DNA of 64,000 nt from an uncultured Chromatiales bacterium (GCA_964448285.1 CAYUWG010000016.1:188-64187); one strand, 5' to 3'. Positions 9,914-20,311 are shown, counted from the first letter of the stretch. The notes: generated by a model not told the origin, from the sequence alone. Program-made: numbers and translations.

Positions 9914-10633
9914 CTACGCTGGGATTTCTATTTCTTGATGAATTGATTGCAACAGTGATTCGAAGACGCCAAGTCCGTCAGTAGAGCCGAGAAGCGCTTC
10001 CACTGCGCGCTCGGGGTGAGGCATCATGCCAAGGACGTTTCCCTGAGCATTGACGATTCCTGCGATGTTGTTTCGCGACCCATTGGGATTACTACCTAAG
10101 GATGCTTCTCCCGCATCGTCGCAGTAACGAAACACAATCTGTCCATTATCCTCGAGCGCTTTCAAAGTATCGTTATCAGTGAAGTAATTCCCCTCGCCGT
10201 GTGCGATGGGAATGCGAATGATCTCGCCGTGAACGAACGCCGATGTGAATGGAGTCTCGCTGTTCTCGACTTTAAGGTGCACTTCCCGACAGCAAAATTT
10301 GAGCGAGCTGTTTCGTAGAAGCGCGCCCGGAAGCAAACCAGCTTCCGTCAGGATCTGAAACCCGTTACACACGCCAAGGACGAATCCTCCTCGATGAGCG
10401 AACCGGACAACTTCCCTCATGATCGGAGAAAATCGTGCGATCGAACCACACCGAAGGTAATCCCCATACGAGAAACCACCAGGAAGAATAATGATGTCGC
10501 TGTCTTCAAGGTCGTTGCTTTTGTGCCAAAGAAAACGCACGTCCGCGCCAAGTATGTGCTTCAATGCATGGTATGCATCATGGTCACAATTCGAACCGGG
10601 AAAAACGACGATACCAAACCGCGTTCTGCTCAT
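9914..10633 (-). CDS. purQ: Phosphoribosylformylglycinamidine synthase subunit PurQ (glutaminase)
   Basis: [21 protein letters not shown]...[10 protein letters not shown] is a class-I glutamine amidotransferase PurQ signature. Start taken at the internal Met ([10 protein letters not shown]), which overlaps the purS stop as ATGA. The longer ORF-track start would overlap purS. Confidence 0.85.
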   Translation of the reverse strand: MSRTRFGIVVFPGSNCDHDAYHALKHILGADVRFLWHKSNDLEDSDIIILPGGFSYGDYLRCGSIARFSPIMREVVRFAHRGGFVLGVCNGFQILTEAGLLPGALLRNSSLKFCCREVHLKVENSETPFTSAFVHGEIIRIPIAHGEGNYFTDNDTLKALEDNGQIVFRYCDDAGEASLGSNPNGSRNNIAGIVNAQGNVLGMMPHPERAVEALLGSTDGLGVFESLLQSIHQEIEIPA

Positions 10634-10893
10634 TTCCCGTTCAACTCCTCGATCGTAACAGAATAGTCTTCCATCACGGGATTCGCTAAGAGCTTTCGAC
10701 ACGCATCTTCTACGATCGTATTGGCTGTATCACGTGACTCTGCTTGCAGCTTCATCTCGATAAGCTTTCCCATACGTACCTGCTTGATTCCGGGCAATGC
10801 CAGAGAATCGAGCGCGTGCTCTACGGCCTTCCCTTCAGGATCGAGGATCGACGGGCGTAAGGTGACCGTTATCTGGGCGCGGTACATTTTCAT
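10630..10893 (-). CDS. purS: Phosphoribosylformylglycinamidine synthase subunit PurS
   Basis: 87 aa. [31 protein letters not shown] is a typical PurS. Immediately upstream of purQ. Confidence 0.8.
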   Translation of the reverse strand: MKMYRAQITVTLRPSILDPEGKAVEHALDSLALPGIKQVRMGKLIEMKLQAESRDTANTIVEDACRKLLANPVMEDYSVTIEELNGK

Positions 10894-11666
10894 CAGGAAG
10901 TCATTGAATCAGGTTGGTCGTCGGGCGTTTCTTGAAGTACGGTCTCTTGGGTCGATATCTTTCGCAGCCAGCGGATGGGCGTCATAATAATACCAAATAA
11001 AACAACGGAGAGTAATACAGGAAATAGTGCCTTACCCGTTGTGGCAATGATGAGAACTCCTGCAATCGCAGTGATCGCCACTGGTACGGGACGTTCCTTG
11101 ATCGACCGTCGCGAGAATTTCGGTAGGACGGGATACTTGATCGTACTGACCATGAGCAATCCAAGCCCCACGATAAGTCCGATGAAGAATCGCTGTAGCA
11201 CGATGTTCGTTTCGATTTGAGCGATCGTAAAAAAGAAGATGAACGACACTATCGTGAGAGCGTTTACGGGCGTCGGGACACCGATAAAGTAGTTCTTATC
11301 GAAACCGACAAGCTGCACGTTGAACCGCGCAAGACGCAGCGCACCGAACACGAGCGGAACTGCCGCAAGCAGGAGACCGATGCCTTCGTAGTTCTTCAAC
11401 ACAGCAACGTAGGCTAATACGGATGGCGCCGCACCGAAGCTCACGACATCCGCGAGAGAATCAAGCTCTACACCGAACTCACTTGCCGACTTCGTAAGCC
11501 GTGCCATGATACCGTCGAGCGTATCGCAGGCCGCAGCGAAGATGATGTACCAGCAAGCCAGCTCGATCTTATCCTGCATCGCATGGAGAATGCTCAAAAA
11601 GCCGAAGTAGATGTTGAGAACGGTAAAAAGGTTCGGGACGATAGAGCGGCTTAAACGAATGCGCAT
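10893..11666 (-). CDS. pssA: CDP-diacylglycerol--serine O-phosphatidyltransferase
   Basis: CDP-alcohol phosphatidyltransferase motif DTLDGIMARLTKSASEFGVELDSLADVVSFG (D-G-x2-A-R...G-x3-D-x3-D). Membrane protein. Followed by psd. Confidence 0.75.
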   Translation of the reverse strand: MRIRLSRSIVPNLFTVLNIYFGFLSILHAMQDKIELACWYIIFAAACDTLDGIMARLTKSASEFGVELDSLADVVSFGAAPSVLAYVAVLKNYEGIGLLLAAVPLVFGALRLARFNVQLVGFDKNYFIGVPTPVNALTIVSFIFFFTIAQIETNIVLQRFFIGLIVGLGLLMVSTIKYPVLPKFSRRSIKERPVPVAITAIAGVLIIATTGKALFPVLLSVVLFGIIMTPIRWLRKISTQETVLQETPDDQPDSMTS

Positions 11667-11673
11667 TTCCGGA

Positions 11674-12339
11674 TTACCCTCGTTTCAACACGGCAAGTAT
11701 CGTTTCGCCCGCGGTTACGGCGTCGCCTTCATTGGCTTTGATTTCTGAGTCGAGCGGAAGCAAGACATCGACCCGCGAACCGAATTTGATCATACCGAAG
11801 CGCTCGCCGACGACGGCAGCCTCACCGAGTTTTATGGGACACACGATCCGCCGTGCAATGAATCCAGCGATCTGCTTAAAAAGAATCTTCCGTGAACCAT
11901 CGTTGATTCCGATCAGCGTTCGTTCGTTTACTTCCGAAGCTTTGTCCTCGAACGCGACGAGATACTTCCCTTCGATATAGCGATAGTAGTCGATTCGCCC
12001 CGAGATTGGATAGCGATTCACGTGCACATTGAGCGGTGACATGAAGATGCAAACTTGCTTCACTCTCCCTTGAAGGTATTCCGGTTCATCGACTTCACTG
12101 ATGCTCAACACTTTCCCATCTGCAGGTGAAACGACTGCGCCTTCGACTGCAGGTGTTTTCCTTTCCGGGTCGCGAAAGAAATTCAGCGTGAAGAGAAAGA
12201 GAAACGATCCGAAGACAAGAAAACCCACCTTCAACGAGATATTAGAAATGAAGAATGCACCGATGACGATGCAGAGCGAGATGATGAGAATCGGTAGTGC
12301 CGTGTCGAAACCGTAGCGCGTGATGATCATCCGTTTCAA
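11674..12339 (-). CDS. psd: Phosphatidylserine decarboxylase proenzyme (short form)
   Basis: 221 aa. Motifs MSPLNVHVNRYPISG and FGSRVDVLLP are typical of Psd and archaetidylserine-type decarboxylases. Adjacent to pssA. Confidence 0.75.
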   Translation of the reverse strand: MKRMIITRYGFDTALPILIISLCIVIGAFFISNISLKVGFLVFGSFLFLFTLNFFRDPERKTPAVEGAVVSPADGKVLSISEVDEPEYLQGRVKQVCIFMSPLNVHVNRYPISGRIDYYRYIEGKYLVAFEDKASEVNERTLIGINDGSRKILFKQIAGFIARRIVCPIKLGEAAVVGERFGMIKFGSRVDVLLPLDSEIKANEGDAVTAGETILAVLKRG

Positions 12340-13064
12340 CTCATCAACCGTTTGTAAAGCGAGATGTACGTGCTTTGATAATCACCGATTCCCAAACGGA
12401 AGATCGAGCCGTCATGGATGACGTTCGTGTCCATGTCCATCACACGGCTCGAGTCAGGCGTAATCGCATCACCGATCAATACTTCTCCATTCATCCTTCC
12501 GAATTCCAACCACACGTCAACGAGACGGAACCGTCTCCTTTCCATGAATGAGCGAAGAACTGCATTCGTCTTATTGGCAATCCTCACCATCGTGCGCAGC
12601 TCTTCCGGCGTGGATACACCGAAAGCGAGAATGTGCGACTCGTTGACCATCGGATTATCGAGTTGGTGATTTCGATACACCATTTCGACGACGGGGAACT
12701 CCAACTCGCGACCTTCTTCAAGATCATAGCGTCCGCAGAGATTACCTGCTGCGATGTTTCGCACGACCATCGCAACCGGAATCATCTCGAGGCGCTTCAC
12801 GATCAGAGCGCTCTTTTCATGACGACTAATGAAGTGGTTCGGAATGCGGAAACTGTTGAGATAAGAAAAAATATGCTCGGCGATTTCCGAACTGCAACGG
12901 GACTTTCGCACCTCCTTCGATTTCTCTGCTCCTTCCCGATTTGTGAATTCGGATTTGAACTCAAGGATAACTTCATCCTCTACGGAAGTCTCATAGACAC
13001 GCTTCGAAAGACCCTCGTAGAGAAGGCGTCCGCGTTGTATTGTCTTTTTATCCTTTTTTTCCAA
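12336..13064 (-). CDS. purC: Phosphoribosylaminoimidazole-succinocarboxamide synthase (SAICAR synthetase)
   Basis: RLLYEGLSKRVYET...VILEFKSEF...GDAITPDSSRV is the classic PurC N-terminus and fold. Confidence 0.85.
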   Translation of the reverse strand: MEKKDKKTIQRGRLLYEGLSKRVYETSVEDEVILEFKSEFTNREGAEKSKEVRKSRCSSEIAEHIFSYLNSFRIPNHFISRHEKSALIVKRLEMIPVAMVVRNIAAGNLCGRYDLEEGRELEFPVVEMVYRNHQLDNPMVNESHILAFGVSTPEELRTMVRIANKTNAVLRSFMERRRFRLVDVWLEFGRMNGEVLIGDAITPDSSRVMDMDTNVIHDGSIFRLGIGDYQSTYISLYKRLMS

Positions 13065-13151
13065 GTGCTGATGAATTTCTTCTGCTGCAATGCGCTTCCG
13101 ACAAAATATACCTCACTCGGAAGAGAAAACCGCAGTGCGGTGAGAAGGACC

Positions 13152-13922
13152 TTACACGAACTGTGCGCTCACGCTCCCCATCCCTGAAAACCGTGCGGTT
13201 ACATGATCCCCGCTCACGACCGGAATCGCTTCCGTAATTCCGCCGGTAAGCAGAACGAATGAACCGGGTAACTCAACTTTGTGTGCGAAGGCGCTGTTGA
13301 GAATGAATGCCGCCGCAATCAGAGGATGTCCAAGCACCGCAGCGGGCGTTCCCGTCTGTAGTATCAATCCGTTTCTTTCCAATATCACTCCCCGAAGGTG
13401 AATATCCGACGGTAAATCTTCTGAGGAACGCTCAGCCACGATGTAGCGCGCTGAAGAACAGTTATCGGCAAAGACATCCGCCGCCGTGAACTTGAAATTC
13501 TTAAACCGGCTGTCGATCACTTCGAGCGCAATCGCATAACCACTCATGCGCCGACTGATATCTTCCGGTGTGAGTTCACAGGATTGGTGGAACTGCTCGA
13601 AGAACAATGCGACCTCAGGCTCAACTCGCGGATGAATCAACGATGAGGTATCAACTGCACCGTTGGTAAGCATCTCCTTCGTGAGAAGTCCATACCCCGC
13701 TTTATCGACACCCATCGCAAGCTGCTTTGCCCGGCTCGTGAGCGCTGCTTTTATTCCGGTGACCTTTGAGCCGGATAGACGAACGCGCTCCTGTTGAATG
13801 AGATAAGCATCCTCGATCGACAAGTCCGGCTGCTTCGCGGTGAGAGGTTCAACTACACTTCGTGATCTCTCTGCATCGAGAAGAAGTTGTGCGCACTCGT
13901 AAATGAGTTCTTGCGATATCAT
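13152..13922 (-). CDS. 2-keto-4-pentenoate hydratase / 4-oxalocrotonate decarboxylase family (dmpH/mhpD-like; last gene of lower meta-cleavage operon)
   Basis: 256 aa. Paralogous to the protein encoded at 15887..16711. Shares the fold family of MhpD/XylI. Its position after the aldolase mirrors dmpEFGH order. A putative intrinsic terminator lies downstream at ~13110-13140 on the minus strand. Confidence 0.7.
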   Translation of the reverse strand: MISQELIYECAQLLLDAERSRSVVEPLTAKQPDLSIEDAYLIQQERVRLSGSKVTGIKAALTSRAKQLAMGVDKAGYGLLTKEMLTNGAVDTSSLIHPRVEPEVALFFEQFHQSCELTPEDISRRMSGYAIALEVIDSRFKNFKFTAADVFADNCSSARYIVAERSSEDLPSDIHLRGVILERNGLILQTGTPAAVLGHPLIAAAFILNSAFAHKVELPGSFVLLTGGITEAIPVVSGDHVTARFSGMGSVSAQFV

Positions 13923-14938
13923 CGATTACCCTTCTTCCTTGCAAGCTCGATGGCAACGTCAACGATCATGTCTTCCTGTCCTCCGACCATGCGCCTCTTG
14001 CCAAGCTCCATAAGAATGTCCCGTGTATCGACGTGAAAATGCTCTGCAGCACGATGCGCGTGAAGCAGGAAGGAGGAGTACACTCCTGCATATCCCAACA
14101 TGAGACTGCTTCCGTCGATTCGAACGCTTCGGCCTCTCGCTTCAAGCATCGGACGGACAAGCGTTTCCGCCGCGTCAATCAGCCGGTACAAATCACACCC
14201 GTGTGTCATTCCATGTTTGTTCATTACTGCTACGAGCACTTCCAAAGGAGCATTTCCTGCACCTGCGCCTAAGCCGATCAAAGACGCATCAACCCTGTCC
14301 GCACCTTCCTGGATTGCCATGATCGTGTTGGCAACTCCGAGCGAAAGATTGTTATGTGCGTGATAGCCAACCTCACAGTCGAGGCCGTCCTTCAATGCTC
14401 GAATCCGTTCTGCTGCTTCATGCATAAGCAAGGCGCCAGCCGAATCGACAACGTAAACACAGTCCGCTCCATAGGACTCCATGAGCTTCGCTTGGCGGAG
14501 AAGTTCCGATGGCGAAATCATATGGGACATCATCAGAAAGCCGACCGTGTCCAATCCCTTTTTCTTCGCATGCCCGATGTGTTGCTCGGCGATGTCCGCT
14601 TCCGTGCAGTGCGTTGCAATACGAATCGTCTTTACTCCGCAATCCATCGCATCGTCGAGATCGTGAATCGTGCCGATACCCGGTAAAAGCAGCGCCGCAA
14701 GTCTCGCTTGCCGAATGGAGATGGCGGCAGCTTCTAAGTATTCCGACTCCGTGTGCTTCGAGAAACCATAGTTGATTGCATTCCCATTCAATCCATCACC
14801 GTGCGAGACTTCGATGATATCCACTCCGGCAGCGTCCAGCGCTCGTGCAATCGAACGCACGTCATCCAGCTCGTACTGATGCGAAAGCGCGTGCATACCA
14901 TCACGGAGGGTAACGTCGGTTACACGAATGCGCTTCAT
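13919..14938 (-). CDS. dmpG/mhpE: 4-hydroxy-2-oxovalerate aldolase
   Basis: [16 protein letters not shown]...[13 protein letters not shown] plus the C-terminal communication domain (339 aa) are highly characteristic of this DRE-TIM metallolyase. Overlaps neighbours by 4 bp on each side. Confidence 0.9.
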   Translation of the reverse strand: MKRIRVTDVTLRDGMHALSHQYELDDVRSIARALDAAGVDIIEVSHGDGLNGNAINYGFSKHTESEYLEAAAISIRQARLAALLLPGIGTIHDLDDAMDCGVKTIRIATHCTEADIAEQHIGHAKKKGLDTVGFLMMSHMISPSELLRQAKLMESYGADCVYVVDSAGALLMHEAAERIRALKDGLDCEVGYHAHNNLSLGVANTIMAIQEGADRVDASLIGLGAGAGNAPLEVLVAVMNKHGMTHGCDLYRLIDAAETLVRPMLEARGRSVRIDGSSLMLGYAGVYSSFLLHAHRAAEHFHVDTRDILMELGKRRMVGGQEDMIVDVAIELARKKGNR

Positions 14939-15894
14939 CGCGAAGCCTCGTTCGGAATCGATTCGAGCATCTTCTCAGCAATCACTTCACCGACGCGAAT
15001 TGCCGATGCCGTCATGATGTCGAGATTGCCCGCGTATGACGGAAGGTAATGCGCCGCACCCTCAACTTCGATCAAGACCGTCACCTTGAATCCATCGAAT
15101 CTTCCGACGCCTGGGATTGTAATCGGATTCTTCTTCAGCGACTCCAACACGGGGTCGGCTGTCAATCGAAATCCGGGCACATATGCCTGGACATCTTGAA
15201 CCATGAGATTGATGGATTCTGCGATAGCGCTTTCGTCATCACCGCGCACCAACGCATAGACCGTGTTCCGCATGATGATTGGCGGTTCGGCAGGATTGAG
15301 AATGATGATTGCCTTCCCACGCATTGCGCCGCCGATAACTTCCAATCCACGAGCAGTCGTCTGTGTAAACTCATCGATGTTCTGACGAGTACCGGGTCCG
15401 GCGCTTTTGCTCGCAATCGAAGAAACCATTTCAGCGTACGGAACTTCAGCCACACGACTGATCGCATACACGATCGGGATCGTCGCCTGCCCCCCACAGG
15501 TGATCATGTTGACGTTATCGGCTGCAATGTGATCGTGAAGATTCACAGTTGGAACAACGTAAGGTCCGATTGCTGCAGGCGTAAGGTCGATGCACACGAT
15601 ACCGGCTTCCTTCAATAGCGGTGCGTGGCGAAGATGGGCTTTCGCGCTCGTCGCATCGAAGACGATATTCGTGCGTGACCGAGCATCCTCATCGCTGAGA
15701 AAACCATCGATCCCCAAATGCGTTGTCGGAATCCCAAGACGCCGTGCACGATCGATACCGTCCGATTTCGGATCTATTCCGATAAGCATTGTAAGCTCGA
15801 GGTTCGAAGCATTTCGCAGCACCTTGAACATCAAGTCCGTGCCGATATTTCCGGAACCGATAATCGCGCAGCCGATACGTCGGGAGTTATTCAA
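14935..15894 (-). CDS. dmpF/mhpF: Acetaldehyde dehydrogenase (acetylating)
   Basis: [16 protein letters not shown]...[11 protein letters not shown] (catalytic Cys region). 319 aa. Canonical partner of the aldolase. Confidence 0.9.
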   Translation of the reverse strand: MNNSRRIGCAIIGSGNIGTDLMFKVLRNASNLELTMLIGIDPKSDGIDRARRLGIPTTHLGIDGFLSDEDARSRTNIVFDATSAKAHLRHAPLLKEAGIVCIDLTPAAIGPYVVPTVNLHDHIAADNVNMITCGGQATIPIVYAISRVAEVPYAEMVSSIASKSAGPGTRQNIDEFTQTTARGLEVIGGAMRGKAIIILNPAEPPIIMRNTVYALVRGDDESAIAESINLMVQDVQAYVPGFRLTADPVLESLKKNPITIPGVGRFDGFKVTVLIEVEGAAHYLPSYAGNLDIMTASAIRVGEVIAEKMLESIPNEASR

Positions 15895-16711
15895 ACCGCA
15901 CGCTCACGTTTCCGAGTCTCTCCATTACGACTTCGAGCCAATCACCGGTTGATGGTGTAACCGTCGCAGCTAAACCGCCGGAAAGAATGATTTCGCCGGC
16001 GCGCATCGTCACACCATGCGCACGCAGGGCATTCGCAAGCCATGCGACCGCTTTCACCGGACTCCCCAGCGCTGCTGCACCGGATCCGGTTGCTGAAATG
16101 TTTCCATTCCGATACAGTGACATACCCAATGCGCAAAGGTCGAGGTTGTCGATAGGTGTTTTACGACTGCCGATAACGAAGAGCGCACATGAGGCATTGT
16201 CTGCAACGGTATCCTCCAACTTGATTTTCCAATCCTTTATGCGACTGTCGATAATCTCGATGGCGGGCATGACGAACGCCGTGCATCGAAGCACATCCGC
16301 TTCTGTGACGAACGGCATATCCAAATCGCGTTCAAGCACGAATGCGATTTCTCCTTCTGCTCTCGGTTGAACCAGTGTCTGAAGCTGTACAGCCTCGCGT
16401 GTGAAGACGTGCATGTCACTGAGCAACTGGCCATAGTCAGGCTCCGAAACTCCGAGTGCTGTTTGAATCGCTATGCTTGTGAGGCCGATCTTTCGTCCCA
16501 GCAAATGCGCTCCGGATGTTTGCCGAAGTTCGATCAACACCTGCTGTATCCGATAAGCATCAAGTACGGTGATGCTCTTATACCGCTCGGTCAATGGCGC
16601 GACTTGCACTCGATCGCGTCGAGCATCTTCAAGCTCTTGAGCAAGTGTCTGTATCAGCTGCGTTTCCATGTCGGTTGCAAAGATACACGAAAACGATTGC
16701 TCGTGGGGCAT
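15887..16711 (-). CDS. 2-keto-4-pentenoate (2-oxopent-4-dienoate) hydratase family protein (dmpE/mhpD-like; first gene of the operon)
   Basis: 274 aa. Same family as the 13152..13922 product. Gene order E-F-G-H is conserved. Confidence 0.75.
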   Translation of the reverse strand: MPHEQSFSCIFATDMETQLIQTLAQELEDARRDRVQVAPLTERYKSITVLDAYRIQQVLIELRQTSGAHLLGRKIGLTSIAIQTALGVSEPDYGQLLSDMHVFTREAVQLQTLVQPRAEGEIAFVLERDLDMPFVTEADVLRCTAFVMPAIEIIDSRIKDWKIKLEDTVADNASCALFVIGSRKTPIDNLDLCALGMSLYRNGNISATGSGAAALGSPVKAVAWLANALRAHGVTMRAGEIILSGGLAATVTPSTGDWLEVVMERLGNVSVRFE

Positions 16712-16770
16712 AGTTCGTGGATCGGTGGATCAGTGGGATGGCGGGTCGGTGGCACTTTGCAAATCCCAAA

Positions 16771-17222
16771 TCAGTAATCCGTCATCCCGACAATCATCTT
16801 AGCAACGCGGAGCGTCAAGCGCTTCATTCCCACGCGGAGCGATGGGAACGAGAATGATGCGGAAAGCTATCCGTAATCAGAAATCAGTAATCCGTCATCC
16901 CGACAATCATCTTAGCGACGCGGAGCGTCAAGCGCTTCATTCCCACGCGGAGCGATGGGAACGAGAATGATGCGGAAAGCTATCCGTAATCAGAAATCAG
17001 TAATCCGTCATCCCGACAATCATCTTAGCGACGCGGAGCGTCAAGCGCTTCATTCCCACGCGGAGCGATGGGAACGAGAATGATGCGGAAAGCTATCCGT
17101 AATCAGAAATCAGTAATCCGTCATCCCGACAATCATCTTAGCGACGCGGAGCGTCAAGCGCTTCATTCTTACGCGGAGCGATGGGAACGAGAGTGATGGG
17201 CTTGACTCCTTCTTCACCTCTT
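16771..17222. repeat. Tandem direct repeat array, 4 copies x 113 bp, intergenic
   Basis: The unit TCAGTAATCCGTCATCCCGACAATCATCTTAGCGACGCGGAGCGTCAAGCGCTTCATTCCCACGCGGAGCGATGGGAACGAGAATGATGCGGAAAGCTATCCGTAATCAGAAA recurs with period 113 at ~16771, 16884, 16997 and 17110. Copies 1-3 differ by one SNP (agcAacg vs agcGacg). Copy 4 diverges at its 3' end into a CCTCTTCAC-rich tail. Each unit has internal direct repeats (ACGCGGAGCG x2), an 8-bp palindrome AAGCGCTT and a short hairpin (TTCCCA...TGGGAA). Confidence 0.85.
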
Positions 17223-17260
17223 CACCCCTTCACCTCTTCACTTTCCCGGCTGCGATTTAC
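17170..17260. repeat. Dispersed intergenic element, copy A (GGGAACGAGAGTGATGGG + (T)TCACCTCTTCAC x3 + CTGCGATT); partly overlaps the last 113-bp unit
   Basis: Sequence ...gcggagcgatgggaacgagagtgatgggcttgactccttcttcacctcttcaccccttcacctcttcactttcccggctgcgatttac. Homologous to the segment at ~20350-20440. Confidence 0.7.
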
Positions 17261-17323
17261 TTCACCGATGCTGTTTATCGAACCGCTATTGCGTCGTATG
17301 TTTGTCCACGCGACGTCTTCGGG

Positions 17324-20311
17324 ATGTCGAACCCTTGTCTCGGCTTGAACGAATTTCTTAACCACTCAACCTCATCAGGAGCAATGATGATATTACGGCA
17401 GATTCGACTCTTTGTACCGGTGTTCTTTTTCGTTTCCCTTATGGTTTCGCATGCGCAATGGGCTTCCGATCCTGCGTTGAACAACGCGATTTGCCGCGCA
17501 GCCAACGATCAGATATATCCTCGGATCATAAGTGATGGACGTGACGGGGCCATTATTTGCTGGAGCGATTCAAGATCCCGACAAAACTATTTTGACATAT
17601 ATGTCCAGCGCATTGACAAGGATGGTTTTGTGCGATGGACGGTCAACGGCGTTGCCATCAATACCACCCTGACTTCAGGGAAACCGAAGATCGTCTCGGA
17701 CGGTGTGGGCGGCGCGATCATTGTCTGGATTGACTCGAGAAACGGCAACAATGATATCTATGCCCAACGCATTGATTCCTCGGGCAATGTCCGCTGGGCG
17801 GAAAACGGTGTGTCCGTCGCCACGGGCCCCACCAACCAGGGCGAATTAAACCTTGTCAGTGACGGCAGGAACGGCGCGATCGTGACGTACACGGACGCAA
17901 CCACCGGATTCCCGCCGACAAGCAGGATCTATGCCCAGCGCATAGATGCGAATGGGGCACTACGATGGGGCACCGGGACCCTCGTATCGGGAACGCTCCT
18001 GTTTTCCAACGCTCCTTCCATCGCAAGCGACGGCAGCGGAGGCGCATACATCGGGTATGCATATTTCCCACGGCCGGATTATGACGTGTACGTACAACGG
18101 ATCGATTCCGCAGGTGCTGTGAAATGGGCGGCCAGAGGCATCGCGATTGCGACAGGAAGTTCGACACAGGACTCTCCTTTGCTCGTTCCCGACGGAAGCG
18201 GCAATGTTTTCCTCGGTTATCTCGATTGGGGTACAGGCACGACACCCGTCCTGCACTTCGTCGTCCTGAAAAGGGATGGTACGATAGCTAAAACCCTTCG
18301 CGTGACGTCAACTTCAGGCGACCAAACGAACCACCGATTAGCGAACATCGGTACCGGATTACTCGGCATTGTCTGGGAGGATGGACGGACCTCTGGAAAA
18401 AAACGTTCCTATGCACAGATCATCGATACTCTCGGAAACAAATCGTGGACAGCGGATGGAGTGGAAGTTTCTAACCGTGCAGGCGACCAGGTGCACCCGG
18501 TTATCATCAGTGATGGAAGCAACGGCGTTATCGTTGCTTGGGAGGACAAAACTTCGGGGTCATCCAAAAACGATATTTACGCCCAGCGGATATCAGGCAG
18601 CGGTTCGCTGCTCTGGTCGGATGCCGGCGTACCGGTCACTGTCGCGAGCAATCTACAGTCGGACCCGTGGATAATCAGCGATGGCCGTAACGGCGCCATC
18701 CTCACGTGGGACGATTTCCGAATCTCGCCGACGAACGGTGAAATCTACGTATCAAGAATCCTTGCCGATGGCACCTTCCCGATAGGCCCGCCTGTTCTGA
18801 CGCTTTCTTCGAAAACGGTTGAGTTCGGCGGTGTAGATCTCGGTACCTCCTCGACGAAAAACATCACACTCACCAACATTGGTGGCATCCCGCTGACGAT
18901 TTCTTCCGTCACTTCAAGCGATCCTCAGTTCAGTTTGACGCCGGAAGGCAACACGATCGCCCCGAGTGGCAACGTCACAGCCGCAGTGAAGTATCAACCG
19001 ACCTCCAAGACTACCGCTAACGCGTACATCGTCATTCAGAGTAATTCCTTTTTCGCTCCGGATACCGTTTCGGTTACCGGTTGGGGAACCGGTACGGCGG
19101 CGATTCAAACCGACAAATCCTCGCTGAATTTCGGGAACGTAAACATCGGATCGAGCAAATCCCTTGCAATCAAAATCTCGAATCCGGGAAGCGATACACT
19201 CACTATTTCGAGCATTACCACGACAAACCAGAGATTCACTGTGACCATCACCGCCCGAGTACTTCCACCCGGCGCTTCGTTCGATGACACAGTACGTTTT
19301 TCGCCGACCACGCCCGGACCTGTCTCAGCCAATCTCACCATCACGAGCAACGCTCCGACCTCGCCCACGATCGTATCGCTTTCGGGAAGCGGAACTGCAC
19401 AAGCGATCATGACGCTTGATAATGCAACCATTTCCTTCGGCGACGTTGCCATGGGTACAAGCAAGGATACAACGGTCACCATCACGAACACTGGTGGTGA
19501 TACGCTTCGAATCTCATCGTTCACATCGGGGAATCCATTCTTTACACTTGAGACTGCGATCACGACGATCCCACCGGCGGGTAAAAAGACCTTCACCCTT
19601 CGTTTCACGCCAGGTGCAGCAGGCCCGGTCAGCACGGCCTTCACGCTGATGAGTAATGCCGTCTCATCACCGGACACGATCAACGTGAGCGGGAACGGTG
19701 TGCCAAACAATCCCGTGATTTCTGTAGCTCCCGCGCAACTCTCATTCGGATCAGTCGAGATCAGCAGAAAGAAGGACCTCGTTCTGACCATCAACAATAC
19801 CGGTAGCGTTAAATTGACCGTGACGGCGATCAACTCGACCAATGCGGATTTTTCTGCTCTCGTTCGTCAATTCGAGGTACCGGGAAACGGCTCATTCGAC
19901 GACACGATTCGGTTTATTCCAAGTGCGCTCGGCAACCGGAACGGCATACTCACCATCATGAGCAACGCAGGGTCATCGCCCGACACAGTTTTCGTTGATG
20001 GCATAGGGAGGGACCTCTCTGCAGTGCACCGATTACTTGTATTTCCTGGTGCTTTCACGCTTTTCCAGAATTTTCCGAATCCTTTCAATTCATCCACCAC
20101 CATCCGCTACGACCTGGAGACGTCAGCTCGTGTGAGCCTCACCGTGGTTAACACGCTTGGACAAGTCGTGGCGCACCTGGTCGATGAGACACAACACCCC
20201 GGTGTTCACACGGTCCGATGGACGCCTGCCGGCAACACTCCCGGCGTGTATTTCTACATCATACGCGTTGGAGTATATGAAGCATTCGGTACGATGGTGC
20301 TGATGAAATAA
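17324..20311 (+). CDS. Large secreted T9SS cargo protein: ~8 tandem ~55-aa N-terminal repeats (putative beta-propeller), four Ig-like 'choice-of-anchor-D'-type domains, C-terminal T9SS sorting domain
   Basis: The probable true start is the second Met (~17384), where the signal peptide MMILRQIRLFVPVFFFVSLMVSHAQ begins. Repeats such as ISDGRDGAIICWSDSRSRQNYFDIYVQRIDKDGFVRWTVNGVAI, VSDGVGGAIIVWIDSRNGNNDIYAQRIDSSGNVRWAENGVSV and IISDGSNGVIVAWEDKTSGSSKNDIYAQRISGSGSLLW run on to ~8 copies. There are four ~100-aa domains with the pattern LxFGxVxxGxSxxxxxTIxNxGxxxLxISS. The CTD is LFQNFPNPFNSSTTIRYDLETSARVSLTVVNTLGQVV...GVYFYIIRV. Confidence 0.7.
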   Translation: MSNPCLGLNEFLNHSTSSGAMMILRQIRLFVPVFFFVSLMVSHAQWASDPALNNAICRAANDQIYPRIISDGRDGAIICWSDSRSRQNYFDIYVQRIDKDGFVRWTVNGVAINTTLTSGKPKIVSDGVGGAIIVWIDSRNGNNDIYAQRIDSSGNVRWAENGVSVATGPTNQGELNLVSDGRNGAIVTYTDATTGFPPTSRIYAQRIDANGALRWGTGTLVSGTLLFSNAPSIASDGSGGAYIGYAYFPRPDYDVYVQRIDSAGAVKWAARGIAIATGSSTQDSPLLVPDGSGNVFLGYLDWGTGTTPVLHFVVLKRDGTIAKTLRVTSTSGDQTNHRLANIGTGLLGIVWEDGRTSGKKRSYAQIIDTLGNKSWTADGVEVSNRAGDQVHPVIISDGSNGVIVAWEDKTSGSSKNDIYAQRISGSGSLLWSDAGVPVTVASNLQSDPWIISDGRNGAILTWDDFRISPTNGEIYVSRILADGTFPIGPPVLTLSSKTVEFGGVDLGTSSTKNITLTNIGGIPLTISSVTSSDPQFSLTPEGNTIAPSGNVTAAVKYQPTSKTTANAYIVIQSNSFFAPDTVSVTGWGTGTAAIQTDKSSLNFGNVNIGSSKSLAIKISNPGSDTLTISSITTTNQRFTVTITARVLPPGASFDDTVRFSPTTPGPVSANLTITSNAPTSPTIVSLSGSGTAQAIMTLDNATISFGDVAMGTSKDTTVTITNTGGDTLRISSFTSGNPFFTLETAITTIPPAGKKTFTLRFTPGAAGPVSTAFTLMSNAVSSPDTINVSGNGVPNNPVISVAPAQLSFGSVEISRKKDLVLTINNTGSVKLTVTAINSTNADFSALVRQFEVPGNGSFDDTIRFIPSALGNRNGILTIMSNAGSSPDTVFVDGIGRDLSAVHRLLVFPGAFTLFQNFPNPFNSSTTIRYDLETSARVSLTVVNTLGQVVAHLVDETQHPGVHTVRWTPAGNTPGVYFYIIRVGVYEAFGTMVLMK

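Noticed and set aside
16771-17222. Possible CRISPR array
   Set aside because: The period is 113 bp and the entire unit, including any would-be spacer, is identical between copies. There are no cas genes.
19105-19842. 245-aa minus-strand ORF inside the large T9SS gene
   Set aside because: It lies antisense within a well-supported coding region with repetitive composition. It has no start context or homology.
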